Positions 9,959-18,469 of a stretch of 64,000 nucleotides of DNA are shown piece after piece (position 1 is the stretch's first letter; each line of letters starts with the position of its first letter). Origin of the DNA: a virus (taxonomy: Duplodnaviria; Heunggongvirae; Uroviricota; Caudoviricetes); IMG/VR virus record IMGVR_UViG_3300015177_000008, positions 47,519 through 111,518 of that record. One strand, 5' to 3'. A program made the position numbers and the translations under genes. The notes beneath the pieces were generated by a model. The model searched no databases. It was not told the origin of the DNA and saw only the letters and a list, made by a program, of their open reading frames with translations.

Positions 9959-10488
9959 CTAATTACAGACGCCAGAACAAACTAAGCAGCCTTCTTTGAT
10001 GGTCTTTTTTTTTCTGACCACATTCGCAGGATCATACCCTCCCAGACTTTTCATGACGTCCAAAGGGATCTTGCTTATAGAGTGCCCAGCGTCCTGACAG
10101 AATCCTCGAAAAACAACGAGCATACTGCCACCGGGGTTGATGTTTACTTCTACCTGACCCAGATTGACGTCAGGCTCGACAAACGCTACGCGGCCACCAG
10201 ACAGAATAATCGTCTCATTCGCACACTCTGTTGCACGCTCATACCACTTTGTATCTAGGGATTGAGGAAGGCAATTGTACCTGGCTGTCCCCATTCAGAT
10301 TTCAAAGCATCACGCTCAACGCCTATGAAATTAGGCAGCTTTGCATTGTCCTTGTTGCAGGCAACGTCAACATCAAATGTCACTCCAAGATAACGTTGAA
10401 TGGCAGAAAACAGCCAGTCAGGTGTTCTCCAGAGGTCACGAAGAGAGTTGTCGCGCTTTCGCTGTTTGATTTTTTCGGCTGCAATCAT
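9959..10488 (-). pseudogene. Phage-type DNA N6-adenine methyltransferase (Dam family), disrupted
   Basis: Two ORFs in different frames: 10255..10488 ends ...GTIAFLNP-stop where NPPY/F is expected; 9959..10294 carries the downstream LPxxLDTKWY block. Apparent internal deletion plus frameshift. Confidence 0.5.
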
Positions 10489-10499
10489 CTTCTCTCTCG

Positions 10500-10519
10500 A
10501 TAGGTAAGTAAATACCTAT
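10500..10519. promoter_or_regulatory. Class-2 AT-rich palindrome
   Basis: ataggtaagtaaatacctat, just upstream of the Dam-like ORF start. Confidence 0.35.
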
Positions 10520-10551
10520 TTTTGCATTTGATTTTATGTCTGGCAATCAAA

Positions 10552-10598
10552 TAAAACGCGCCAGAAATGCAAACGAGAAGCTCTCTGGCGCGTTTTTG
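10552..10598. terminator. Bidirectional rho-independent terminator
   Basis: A-run, cgcgccaga ... tctggcgcg stem, then TTTTT; sits downstream of 10672..11481. Confidence 0.55.
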
Positions 10599-10671
10599 TG
10601 GTGCTGGGTATGTAATTGGCTTACCCAGCACTATAAAGCTCTCTATGGGCTTTATTTTCAGTAGGGGAACG

Positions 10672-11481
10672 TCATCCAATAGTGTACTCCGCGACAAACT
10701 TCTTAACGATCGGTGATTCTTCGTTCAATGTTAGATTTCCACCGTCTCTAACGGCAATTCCTGTCGCTGGAAATACAGCCATCATTTGCCCAGCCTGAGT
10801 TGACGCAGTGTTAAGCGGATACGGTTTTTCTGGATTGCTCATTAAAGCAATCTTAATACTATTACTTGTAGCCTTCTTTTCTGTGAGAAGGTGTCTCATG
10901 GAAATTACCGTGTAAACACTAATATCTGGACCTCCGCTAAACCAATTAAGAAGGTTTAATATCTTATCCTTTGCTTTGACAGGCGCGTTCTCATAAGCAT
11001 CTAAAAAAATATCTTTATCTAAACCCGCTTTATTGAAAAACGCATCATCTTTATCACTTAGAGTAAAACGAGGACCTCTTGCAGTACGCGCTTTTTTATT
11101 TGTGTTGCTATCATTTGACTGTTGAACTTTTAATTCATCATTAATCTCAACACACCCTTCAACCTCGATGATCCCCAACTGTTCTGGTTCGTTTTCGGCA
11201 GCTTCACCACTTTCAGCGTTAATTACGTTTATAGGCTCATGCGCTAACTCCAACTCATTTAAAGCTGAGCTGAAATCACCTGCTTTTTCTTCATTGAACA
11301 GTTCTTCGGCAACATCATCAGAACTCATGGCTACGCCAGCATCGAGGCCTAGAAGCAGATCGTCAATATCATCAGTATTTTCGACCTGTGCAGCTTTTTT
11401 TACCGGTTCATCAAGTGATTGCAACATAGCTGTCAGTTCGTCCAGATCATCATTTGTCATTACATTTTCAACCGAACTCAT
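10672..11481 (-). CDS. Hypothetical acidic protein
   Basis: 269 aa ORF rich in Asp/Glu. Confidence 0.5.
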   Translation of the reverse strand: MSSVENVMTNDDLDELTAMLQSLDEPVKKAAQVENTDDIDDLLLGLDAGVAMSSDDVAEELFNEEKAGDFSSALNELELAHEPINVINAESGEAAENEPEQLGIIEVEGCVEINDELKVQQSNDSNTNKKARTARGPRFTLSDKDDAFFNKAGLDKDIFLDAYENAPVKAKDKILNLLNWFSGGPDISVYTVISMRHLLTEKKATSNSIKIALMSNPEKPYPLNTASTQAGQMMAVFPATGIAVRDGGNLTLNEESPIVKKFVAEYTIG

Positions 11482-11639
11482 GTAAGTCTCCTTCTGTTTG
11501 GTTACATTTGCGTTTCGATGGCTACATTTTGACTAAACCTATCAGGCGGAAAAGTATTAAATACAGGCAGGAAATGATTGAAAGGCGACTGTTCTTTAAA
11601 AGAAAGCCTACTTTAAACTTTTTAAAGTAGGCTTTTGTT

Positions 11640-12188
11640 TTACACAATTTCAGAGGGTAATTTAAAAAATCCGTACTTATTACGTGCCTTAAAGAAGCAT
11701 TGCATCATTAAGTTTGTGTCATATAAGGCACTATGTGCTTTGGCATGATCGTATATAAAGCCAAGAGAGAAGGCCAACTCTTCAAGGCGGGGACGTTTAC
11801 CGTCTTCTGTGGCCCACAGGGAAAATAGAGTGTCAATCAATGGGATGTCTGGAAGCGAAAAACCGTAACTTTTCAGCTCATGCCTAATAAACGGAATATC
11901 GAACGCTTCGCCGTTGTGGGCTATCCAAATATCGGAAGAAGAGAGATACGAAGCGACAGATGAAGCGTGATCGGCTAGTAACGGCTCGGCGGCTAAATCT
12001 TCAAGACTGATGCCGTGTACCGCTTGCGCTTTCGGATCGATACTGCGACGCGGGTTGAACCGCATTACAAAACTATCAACCATTGTCTGTGTCTCAATTT
12101 CGTACTTCACCATTGCGATTTCAATGATTTTATGGCCTGAGAGGAAATCAAGACCTGTTGATTCGATGTCCACCCCTGTAGCAATCAC
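11640..12188 (-). CDS. DnaQ-like 3'-5' exonuclease (DEDDh)
   Basis: Exo motifs VDIESTGL, HNGEAFDIPF, HSALYDTNL. Confidence 0.7.
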   Translation of the reverse strand: MIATGVDIESTGLDFLSGHKIIEIAMVKYEIETQTMVDSFVMRFNPRRSIDPKAQAVHGISLEDLAAEPLLADHASSVASYLSSSDIWIAHNGEAFDIPFIRHELKSYGFSLPDIPLIDTLFSLWATEDGKRPRLEELAFSLGFIYDHAKAHSALYDTNLMMQCFFKARNKYGFFKLPSEIV

Positions 12189-12979
12189 TTTTTATCTCCT
12201 TTTACTGGTCGTTTGGACGGTGTGAAGATGGCAGCTTCAACATCCCACCCCCTCAAAATTCGCTGCGAGATAATGGTCGCAGTCAAGCCAACCTCTCTAG
12301 CCCATTCGGTAATTCGCTGAGTTCTGCCGCGACACTCGATCAGACGCTTACTATCTCGGTTGGCATACGTGTCGACGCTGGCGTTAAGCGCGCGATCTAA
12401 TGGCCACCCTTTCTTGATTCGATAGTGAAGAGTTGATGTCTGAATCCCGGCTCTTTTAGCCCATTGTGAGAGAGTCAGCTTTTCCCCCTTATGCTCCAAA
12501 ATTAAGTTTGAACGCGTGTTATTGGCCTGTTCTTCAAAAGTCGCCCATCTGCAATTTTCAGGTTCGTAGTCACCATTCACATCTTTGCGATCAAGAGACA
12601 TCCCCTCTGGTCGCTCTCCCATGTCAGCATAAAAGTTTTCAAATATTTGCCACCGCTCGCAGACTTTGATACCTCGGCCGCCATACCACTTATAGGCGTG
12701 ATGGGTTGGTTTTTCACATCGTTCCCGCATACCCAGCCATATACGATAAATTGGCGTTTTACTCATACCATGAGGCTTTACGCTACGGCGATGTGCGTTG
12801 TAGACACAGCCACACGATATTGTCGCCCCGTGATTTAGCTTCCCGTAACTAACCAGACAGGTGTTGCCGCAATCGCAGATGCAATCCCAAAGTCGCCCTT
12901 GTTTGTTTGAAATACCGGAATATTTAAGTGCAACCAACTTTCCAAAACGTTTACCTGTTATATCTACCGGTTGTCCCAT
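12185..12979 (-). CDS. HNH homing endonuclease
   Basis: Cys-rich N-terminus, HNH-type motif (VNGDYEPENCRWAT), two C-terminal helix-turn-helix-like repeats (TLSQWAKRAGIQTSTLHYRIKKGW / ITEWAREVGLTATIISQRILRGW). Confidence 0.65.
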   Translation of the reverse strand: MGQPVDITGKRFGKLVALKYSGISNKQGRLWDCICDCGNTCLVSYGKLNHGATISCGCVYNAHRRSVKPHGMSKTPIYRIWLGMRERCEKPTHHAYKWYGGRGIKVCERWQIFENFYADMGERPEGMSLDRKDVNGDYEPENCRWATFEEQANNTRSNLILEHKGEKLTLSQWAKRAGIQTSTLHYRIKKGWPLDRALNASVDTYANRDSKRLIECRGRTQRITEWAREVGLTATIISQRILRGWDVEAAIFTPSKRPVKGDKK

Positions 12980-12988
12980 TACTACTCC

Positions 12989-13408
12989 TTACAACTTCTT
13001 AGCGCCCTTGAGTAGTGCACTACGTACAAATTGAGCCGCTTTTTTCAAAGTTTCTTCACTGGTTTCACAGACAATCGGATCTTTCCACTTACCTGACGCA
13101 GTATTGAGAATATTGATTTGGTTGCTATCCAGACAAACAGAGATATAAAGCACCGTGCCACCAGCCAGCATCAAATGCATAGGAAACAGAGGCTTTTTAC
13201 TGTCTTCACTGAACTGAGACATGGCGATGTTAATGGCTTCACCCACTTGTGTACCAACAAGCCCCTGCGCAGTTTCGAATATGGCACGAATAGCCAGACG
13301 AGCCTCTCGATCGCTCATAAGCGACCGGGAATGTTCGTCCGCTACACGAATCAAAGCCTCTGTTGTTTTCCGATCCAGTTCATCTTCAAGCAACATTTCA
13401 CTAAACAT
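12989..13408 (-). CDS. Hypothetical protein
   Basis: 139 aa ORF. Confidence 0.45.
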   Translation of the reverse strand: MFSEMLLEDELDRKTTEALIRVADEHSRSLMSDREARLAIRAIFETAQGLVGTQVGEAINIAMSQFSEDSKKPLFPMHLMLAGGTVLYISVCLDSNQINILNTASGKWKDPIVCETSEETLKKAAQFVRSALLKGAKKL

Positions 13409-13469
13409 TTTTTATCCTTAACCCATTTTGAGAGTTTTATTGTCGCAATGTCGAAGAGGCGAACAATTT

Positions 13470-14114
13470 CTAATGAACGGTCACTCGGCCACAGAACCGG
13501 TTTTCTATCTTTTCTACAGCGTTATCTAGCATTCTCATCACTGATCTGGCTCTTGCTTCAACCGTGCGATATCGGTTGGAAACGACGAAGGTTTGCAGAT
13601 CCCCCCTTTGCGGATGCAGGTGAATTTTTGTCAGTTCCCCGCACATCAACGCATCAATACGAGCGACATACAGACGGTCTAATGATGCTCGTTGTGATCG
13701 CAAGTAATCTCGCTCTGAGAGAGCGACTCCCGGGCGTAGGCCAGCAATGGCGTTAAAGTTTGAAATAGCAGTTTTGTGGCAAAACTTTTCGATATCGAGG
13801 GCTAACTCAATACATCGATCTTCATTGGTATGGCCGACCAAATCCAACGTGTAGGCCATAACATCAGCAGGTGTGCGATCGATAACAAAGCCTTCAACAC
13901 CACGCGTAAGTAGCTCTATATGCTTTGCTATTTCCATTTGAATCTGAAGCCGCTCATATAGAGACATAGACTCACCTACTCGAACACCGAGTCGGCTCAT
14001 CAAACTTCCGACACCAGCATCCACGTAAGGGATTCCGTAATGTTTGTCGATATATTTTGCCAGGGTTGTTTTCCCACTGCCCTGAGCACCAGTGATCCCA
14101 ATCCGGTAATCCAT
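13470..14114 (-). CDS. P-loop NTPase, possible nucleotide kinase
   Basis: Walker A GITGAQGSGKTT near the N-terminus; position next to folA/thyA fits a nucleotide-metabolism role. Confidence 0.45.
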   Translation of the reverse strand: MDYRIGITGAQGSGKTTLAKYIDKHYGIPYVDAGVGSLMSRLGVRVGESMSLYERLQIQMEIAKHIELLTRGVEGFVIDRTPADVMAYTLDLVGHTNEDRCIELALDIEKFCHKTAISNFNAIAGLRPGVALSERDYLRSQRASLDRLYVARIDALMCGELTKIHLHPQRGDLQTFVVSNRYRTVEARARSVMRMLDNAVEKIENRFCGRVTVH

Positions 14115-14590
14115 TACGACCTTCTGTATACGATCTGCGAAAAGCCAGGCTCTTCCTCGCTGGCTCGTTGGGTATAAGCTGTTTCAACAGGCACAAAGCC
14201 TAAATTACGCATCATGCTTGCCGGGAAGAATGCATCGGCGTTTGGCACATCAACGCCGATGTGGGAGAGCCAAATCTCTTCAACATGCGGCATGAATAGC
14301 GAGTAAATTTGTTCCCCGCCAATCACCCACACAGGCTCTGGTAATCGCAACACATCATCCACACCAGCAGGGTAGAATCCATTTGGTACAAAGCCATGAG
14401 AGCGCGTCAAAACGAGGTTATGACGCTCTGGAAGAGGGCGTTTGAGACTTTCCATCGTTTTACGCCCCATAACGACAGTGGCGTTTTTGGTGAGTCTCTT
14501 AAATAGCTTCAGATCGGTAGAACAACGCCAGGGCAGTTCGTTCGCTATGCCGATCTCATAGTTACGGCCAACAGCAGCTATCATCTTCAT
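14114..14590 (-). CDS. folA: Dihydrofolate reductase
   Basis: DHFR pattern MIAAVGRNYEIG...LPW...VVMGRKT...LPER.N.VLTR; stop/start overlap with neighbours. Confidence 0.85.
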   Translation of the reverse strand: MKMIAAVGRNYEIGIANELPWRCSTDLKLFKRLTKNATVVMGRKTMESLKRPLPERHNLVLTRSHGFVPNGFYPAGVDDVLRLPEPVWVIGGEQIYSLFMPHVEEIWLSHIGVDVPNADAFFPASMMRNLGFVPVETAYTQRASEEEPGFSQIVYRRS

Positions 14591-15000
14591 TTGCTCACCT
14601 CATAGATGACCGGTCTATGATGAGAGTCAGCTAAGGCGGCACGGAGTCGAGGATCGTGCACCAGCGCAGCGATAAGCAGATCGCCTTTATGCTCCGCTAA
14701 TGTGCGCTTAATATGCTTCTCATAACTGGTGCCATTCGGTACGAGATGAAGCCAGTCATAATCAACGCCAAAATCTTTCAGCCATCGTTTAGTTGGCGCT
14801 TCAAGAGTTTCAGAGCGGCTACTGATAAGCACCACTTCAGCCCCTGAGCGAGCAAAACCACGCAACATACGGCTGGTGGGGAAAATGAGTTCATCACCGG
14901 CAATGAGCTGGCCTGCATCCGCGTCAGATACTGATTTACGATGGCTGGCATTTGCCAGCACACCTTCAATTTCGCATAAGACATACATACCTCTTGCCAT
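14587..15000 (-). CDS. Hypothetical protein
   Basis: ATG at 15000, 1 nt after the thyA stop; track ORF extends to 15048. Confidence 0.4.
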   Translation of the reverse strand: MARGMYVLCEIEGVLANASHRKSVSDADAGQLIAGDELIFPTSRMLRGFARSGAEVVLISSRSETLEAPTKRWLKDFGVDYDWLHLVPNGTSYEKHIKRTLAEHKGDLLIAALVHDPRLRAALADSHHRPVIYEVSK

Positions 15001-15001
15001 A

Positions 15002-16132
15002 TCACACCGCCACTGGAACCTTGATCCACGGTAGAGGGTCATAGCCAAGAATTAAAACCTCGTCCCATTTGAAATCATCCAACTCTGACCATTCATGAGG
15101 GAAAATAACGACCGGATCTGAATGCTCTGGAGCCTGTCGTTTCATTAGCTCACACACACCTTCCATGTGGTTGTTGTACAAATGCACGTCAAAGCCAAAA
15201 TGCACAAATGCACCGGCCATGTGACCCGTAATCTTCGCGAGAAAATGAGTGAGAATGCCATAGCCAGCAATATTGAATGGCATACCAACAAAAGTGTCTA
15301 CGCTACGCTGTACGAGGCAGGAGTTGAGGATGCGTTTGGGGATTCCAAGTTCATCCAGTTCAGCTTCAGTAACACTGCCGTCCATCTCCAGATCGTATAG
15401 CATCTTGGTGTAGATAGACTCGTAACCGAGGCGACTGTGTTGAAGACCAATGTCAGTTGCCATCGTTAAACGGGTTTCAAAATCCAGCTCACGACTCCAC
15501 AAAGAGAAGACAAAGTGGCAAGGTGGCAGTTTCATATCCTCAAGCTCGCCTACGTTCCATGCGTTAAGCATGATGCGACGATCGGTAGGGTTCGTGCGCA
15601 GTGTATCGACAATACGCTGTAGCTGATCGATTTCACGGGACAGCACTACGCGATCTTCACTGATACCCAGGTATCCCTCGACTTTGTACCCGCGTTCACG
15701 GAAAGTAGCGATCTTGCTCAGATATTCACTATGGCTCACGATGCGGGTATCTTCCCATCGACGCCACTGCTTACCGGAAACCGGCCCCAAATCGCCATTC
15801 TCATCGGCCCATGCATCCCAAATCTTAACGCCGTTATCCTTGAGAAATTGGATGTTGCCCGTGCCTTTCAGATACCACTCAAGTTCGACAAGCAGTGGCT
15901 TAAGATTTACCGCCTTTCCAGAAATAAGCGGCACAGTCCCACCAGTAAGCATGTAGTAAGAGGGAACGTAGCAGGTGCTTAAAGTACCAGTGCCTGTGCG
16001 ATCATCAGCCTGCACGCCGCTTTTAAGCACCGTCTCAATAACTTTTGCATACGATGCGTTTGTTACCTGACCGTTCGTATGCTCACGATTCAAAAGGAGT
16101 GACACAAAAACCTCACAAAGATAAGTAATCAC
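15002..16132 (-). CDS. thyA: Thymidylate synthase (with two insertions relative to ThyA as I recall it)
   Basis: DRTGTGT, WADENGDLGPV, RRIMLNAWNVGEL, LPPCH, PFNIAGYG motifs; true start uncertain because the annotated ATG lies inside a class-2 palindrome. Confidence 0.85.
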   Translation of the reverse strand: MITYLCEVFVSLLLNREHTNGQVTNASYAKVIETVLKSGVQADDRTGTGTLSTCYVPSYYMLTGGTVPLISGKAVNLKPLLVELEWYLKGTGNIQFLKDNGVKIWDAWADENGDLGPVSGKQWRRWEDTRIVSHSEYLSKIATFRERGYKVEGYLGISEDRVVLSREIDQLQRIVDTLRTNPTDRRIMLNAWNVGELEDMKLPPCHFVFSLWSRELDFETRLTMATDIGLQHSRLGYESIYTKMLYDLEMDGSVTEAELDELGIPKRILNSCLVQRSVDTFVGMPFNIAGYGILTHFLAKITGHMAGAFVHFGFDVHLYNNHMEGVCELMKRQAPEHSDPVVIFPHEWSELDDFKWDEVLILGYDPLPWIKVPVAV

Positions 16133-16138
16133 TTATTC
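16120..16138. promoter_or_regulatory. Class-2 AT-rich palindrome
   Basis: gataagtaatcacttattc, overlapping the thyA 5' end. Confidence 0.35.
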
Positions 16139-16275
16139 ATTAAGTGAGTTTACATTTATTGAGGGAACAAGGCCAGATAGATAAAAAATGGTGGCCTATG
16201 GCCACCAAAAACGAATAGTTGCTTCAGGAATTTAACGCGCCAACACAATATACATAGATAGATAACTACCTACAA

Positions 16276-17145
16276 TTATTTTTTGATCATTCCGTACATT
16301 GCTGAGGCTTTAGCTTGCTCAACAAAGGAGGATAAATCGACATCACTATAGGTTGGAGACTTCAGAATCTTTCCATCGGAAATTCGAAAACCGATCATCT
16401 TATCGGTACCATCAGCATGGCGAAATCCCAGGTCTGAAGAGTCGTATTTGCAGTTGGCCACAGCCTGGCGACGTTCCTCGACATCAGCAGGCCATAATTT
16501 TGTCATGTTAGACCGATGAATTTCGCCAACCAGCTCGACTACATTGATGCCGAGGAAATCAGCCAGTCGATAGGTCATCATGCACGCCACATAGATTTTG
16601 TTCATGACACGGCGCAGTTCCTGAATCAGCTCAGAATCCTTAACAGTCTTGTTCTCAAGTTTATCTGCCAGCTCTTCGAGCATACATGACGCCTCACGAG
16701 CTTCCTGAAATGGCATTGCCATATCATCGAAAACAGTGTTACCGGGCACAAAAATTGTCTGAATAAAGCGATCAATGCTCTGTTCCTGCGTGTAATAGGT
16801 CATGCCGGTAGAAATACCACCTTTGATGGCGACCATCGTACCAACACCAACGTATAAAAAGTCGGCCATTGCATCCAGCAGTTGCTCAATATCCCCATTC
16901 ATTGCGGCTGGAATACCTTCCACTACAGCTTCTTCATGAATCAGGCTTGCACGGAGACGAAGCAGCTCTGGTGTCGGCATAACGCGTCTCGGATGCTGGA
17001 AGAGTTCATGAAACTGATCGACCATCTTGTAAATACTTTCAGTAGCTACACCATGACCTTCATGCAACTCATATGGTTCTGGCTTAAATCCAATGAGTCG
17101 CTCGGTGGCAAGTTTCAGGTGGTCAGTCAGTTTGGTAAAGTTCAT
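16276..17145 (-). CDS. Hypothetical protein, possibly tandem MazG-like nucleotide pyrophosphohydrolase
   Basis: Two helical segments with EE...E...D-type acidic patterns; weak assignment. Confidence 0.3.
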   Translation of the reverse strand: MNFTKLTDHLKLATERLIGFKPEPYELHEGHGVATESIYKMVDQFHELFQHPRRVMPTPELLRLRASLIHEEAVVEGIPAAMNGDIEQLLDAMADFLYVGVGTMVAIKGGISTGMTYYTQEQSIDRFIQTIFVPGNTVFDDMAMPFQEAREASCMLEELADKLENKTVKDSELIQELRRVMNKIYVACMMTYRLADFLGINVVELVGEIHRSNMTKLWPADVEERRQAVANCKYDSSDLGFRHADGTDKMIGFRISDGKILKSPTYSDVDLSSFVEQAKASAMYGMIKK

Positions 17146-17222
17146 GCTAGTTTTGTTCCTTCTTAATTCTTGTGATCCATTGTGGCCCAGCGTTGCCAGG
17201 CCACATAATGCTTTGTATCGGT

Positions 17223-18365
17223 TTACAGGTCTGCAAACTGGCTTAGAGAAGCCTTATCCACGGTAGAATCGATCTGACCTACCAGATATGTGCTTTGCTC
17301 TGCCTCTTGTGGTGCAATTTGCAGTGTGTCGGTTAACAACCACTTGTTCATCCAGACCAGCGGATCTGTGGTAACTTCTGGAAATAAAGCCTTCAGGCCA
17401 AGACGATTCATAGCCAGATTGGTTCGGTATTTTACATAGGTCTTCAGAATATCCGCGTTTAAACCAATCATCGAACCGTCTTTGAAGAGATAGTCTGCCC
17501 AGTTCATTTCTTGTTCGGCGACTGATTTCATGGTGTCGTAAATGACGCTTTCTTCATCAGCAGCAATCTCTTTCCACAATAAACCTTCGCGACCGGTACG
17601 CATGAAGCGGATCATGCGTTCAGTTCCTTCGCAATGCAGAGCTTCATCACGAGCAATAAAGCGCATAATTTTGGTGTTACCCTCAAGCAACTTCCGTTCG
17701 CCAAAGGCAAACGTACATGCAAAACTTACATAGAAACGGATCGCCTCAAGCGCATTAATGGACACCAACGTGCGGAAAAGCTGACGGTGCAAAGGGTATG
17801 GCTCCCAGCCATATTCATTTACGTACAGACGTTCAAACTCTTTCTCACCTAACGACTGGCGCTCGCAGGTCATCCCATAAAGCCTGTCATATTCAGCAGA
17901 GATACTGATCGCTCGGTTGATGATTTCTTCATCCGTAACAATACCGTCAAAAACAATGCTCGGATCGTCCACCATGCCACGAATAATGTGGGTGTAGCTG
18001 CGGCTATGGATAGTCTCAGAGAAAGACCATGTTTCAACCCACGTTTCCAGTTCAGGAATAGAGATAAGCGGCAGCAGCGTTGCATTTGGGCTACGTCCCT
18101 GAACTGAGTCGAGTAACGTTTGATAACGGAGATTGCTCAGAAAAATGTGACGTTCGTGGTCCCGCAGCTTCGTGTTGAAGTCGATACGATCGCTCGAAAT
18201 ATCAACTTCTTCCGGCCGCCAGAAGAAAGACAATTGACGTTCAATCAACTTTTCAAAATCACGGTATTTTTGCTGATCGTAACGTGCCACGTTGACAGAT
18301 TGTCCGAGGAACATAGGCTCTTTGGTTGCATCATTAGCACCCAAACGGAACGTTGAATATGACAT
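17223..18365 (-). CDS. nrdB: Ribonucleotide reductase class Ia beta subunit
   Basis: ATG at 18365 in context GGAAAAACACATG; [34 protein letters not shown]... closely resembles E. coli NrdB as I recall it, including the iron-ligand regions. Confidence 0.9.
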   Translation of the reverse strand: MSYSTFRLGANDATKEPMFLGQSVNVARYDQQKYRDFEKLIERQLSFFWRPEEVDISSDRIDFNTKLRDHERHIFLSNLRYQTLLDSVQGRSPNATLLPLISIPELETWVETWSFSETIHSRSYTHIIRGMVDDPSIVFDGIVTDEEIINRAISISAEYDRLYGMTCERQSLGEKEFERLYVNEYGWEPYPLHRQLFRTLVSINALEAIRFYVSFACTFAFGERKLLEGNTKIMRFIARDEALHCEGTERMIRFMRTGREGLLWKEIAADEESVIYDTMKSVAEQEMNWADYLFKDGSMIGLNADILKTYVKYRTNLAMNRLGLKALFPEVTTDPLVWMNKWLLTDTLQIAPQEAEQSTYLVGQIDSTVDKASLSQFADL

Positions 18366-18395
18366 GTGTTTTTCCTTTTGCTTTTTGATGTGTTT

Positions 18396-18407
18396 AAACA
18401 AGTTGTT
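18396..18407. promoter_or_regulatory. Class-1 palindrome (putative operator)
   Basis: aaacaagttgtt about 30 nt upstream of the nrdB start, followed by a second short palindrome ttgtttaaacaa. Confidence 0.45.
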
Positions 18408-18469
18408 ATCTTATTTGTTTAAACAAGGCTTACAAATCAAAGAGAAGGTGGGATACACCCCACCATATG

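Noticed and set aside
10485-10697. Minus-strand ORF of 70 aa
   Set aside because: It covers an intergenic region containing a class-2 palindrome and a bidirectional terminator.
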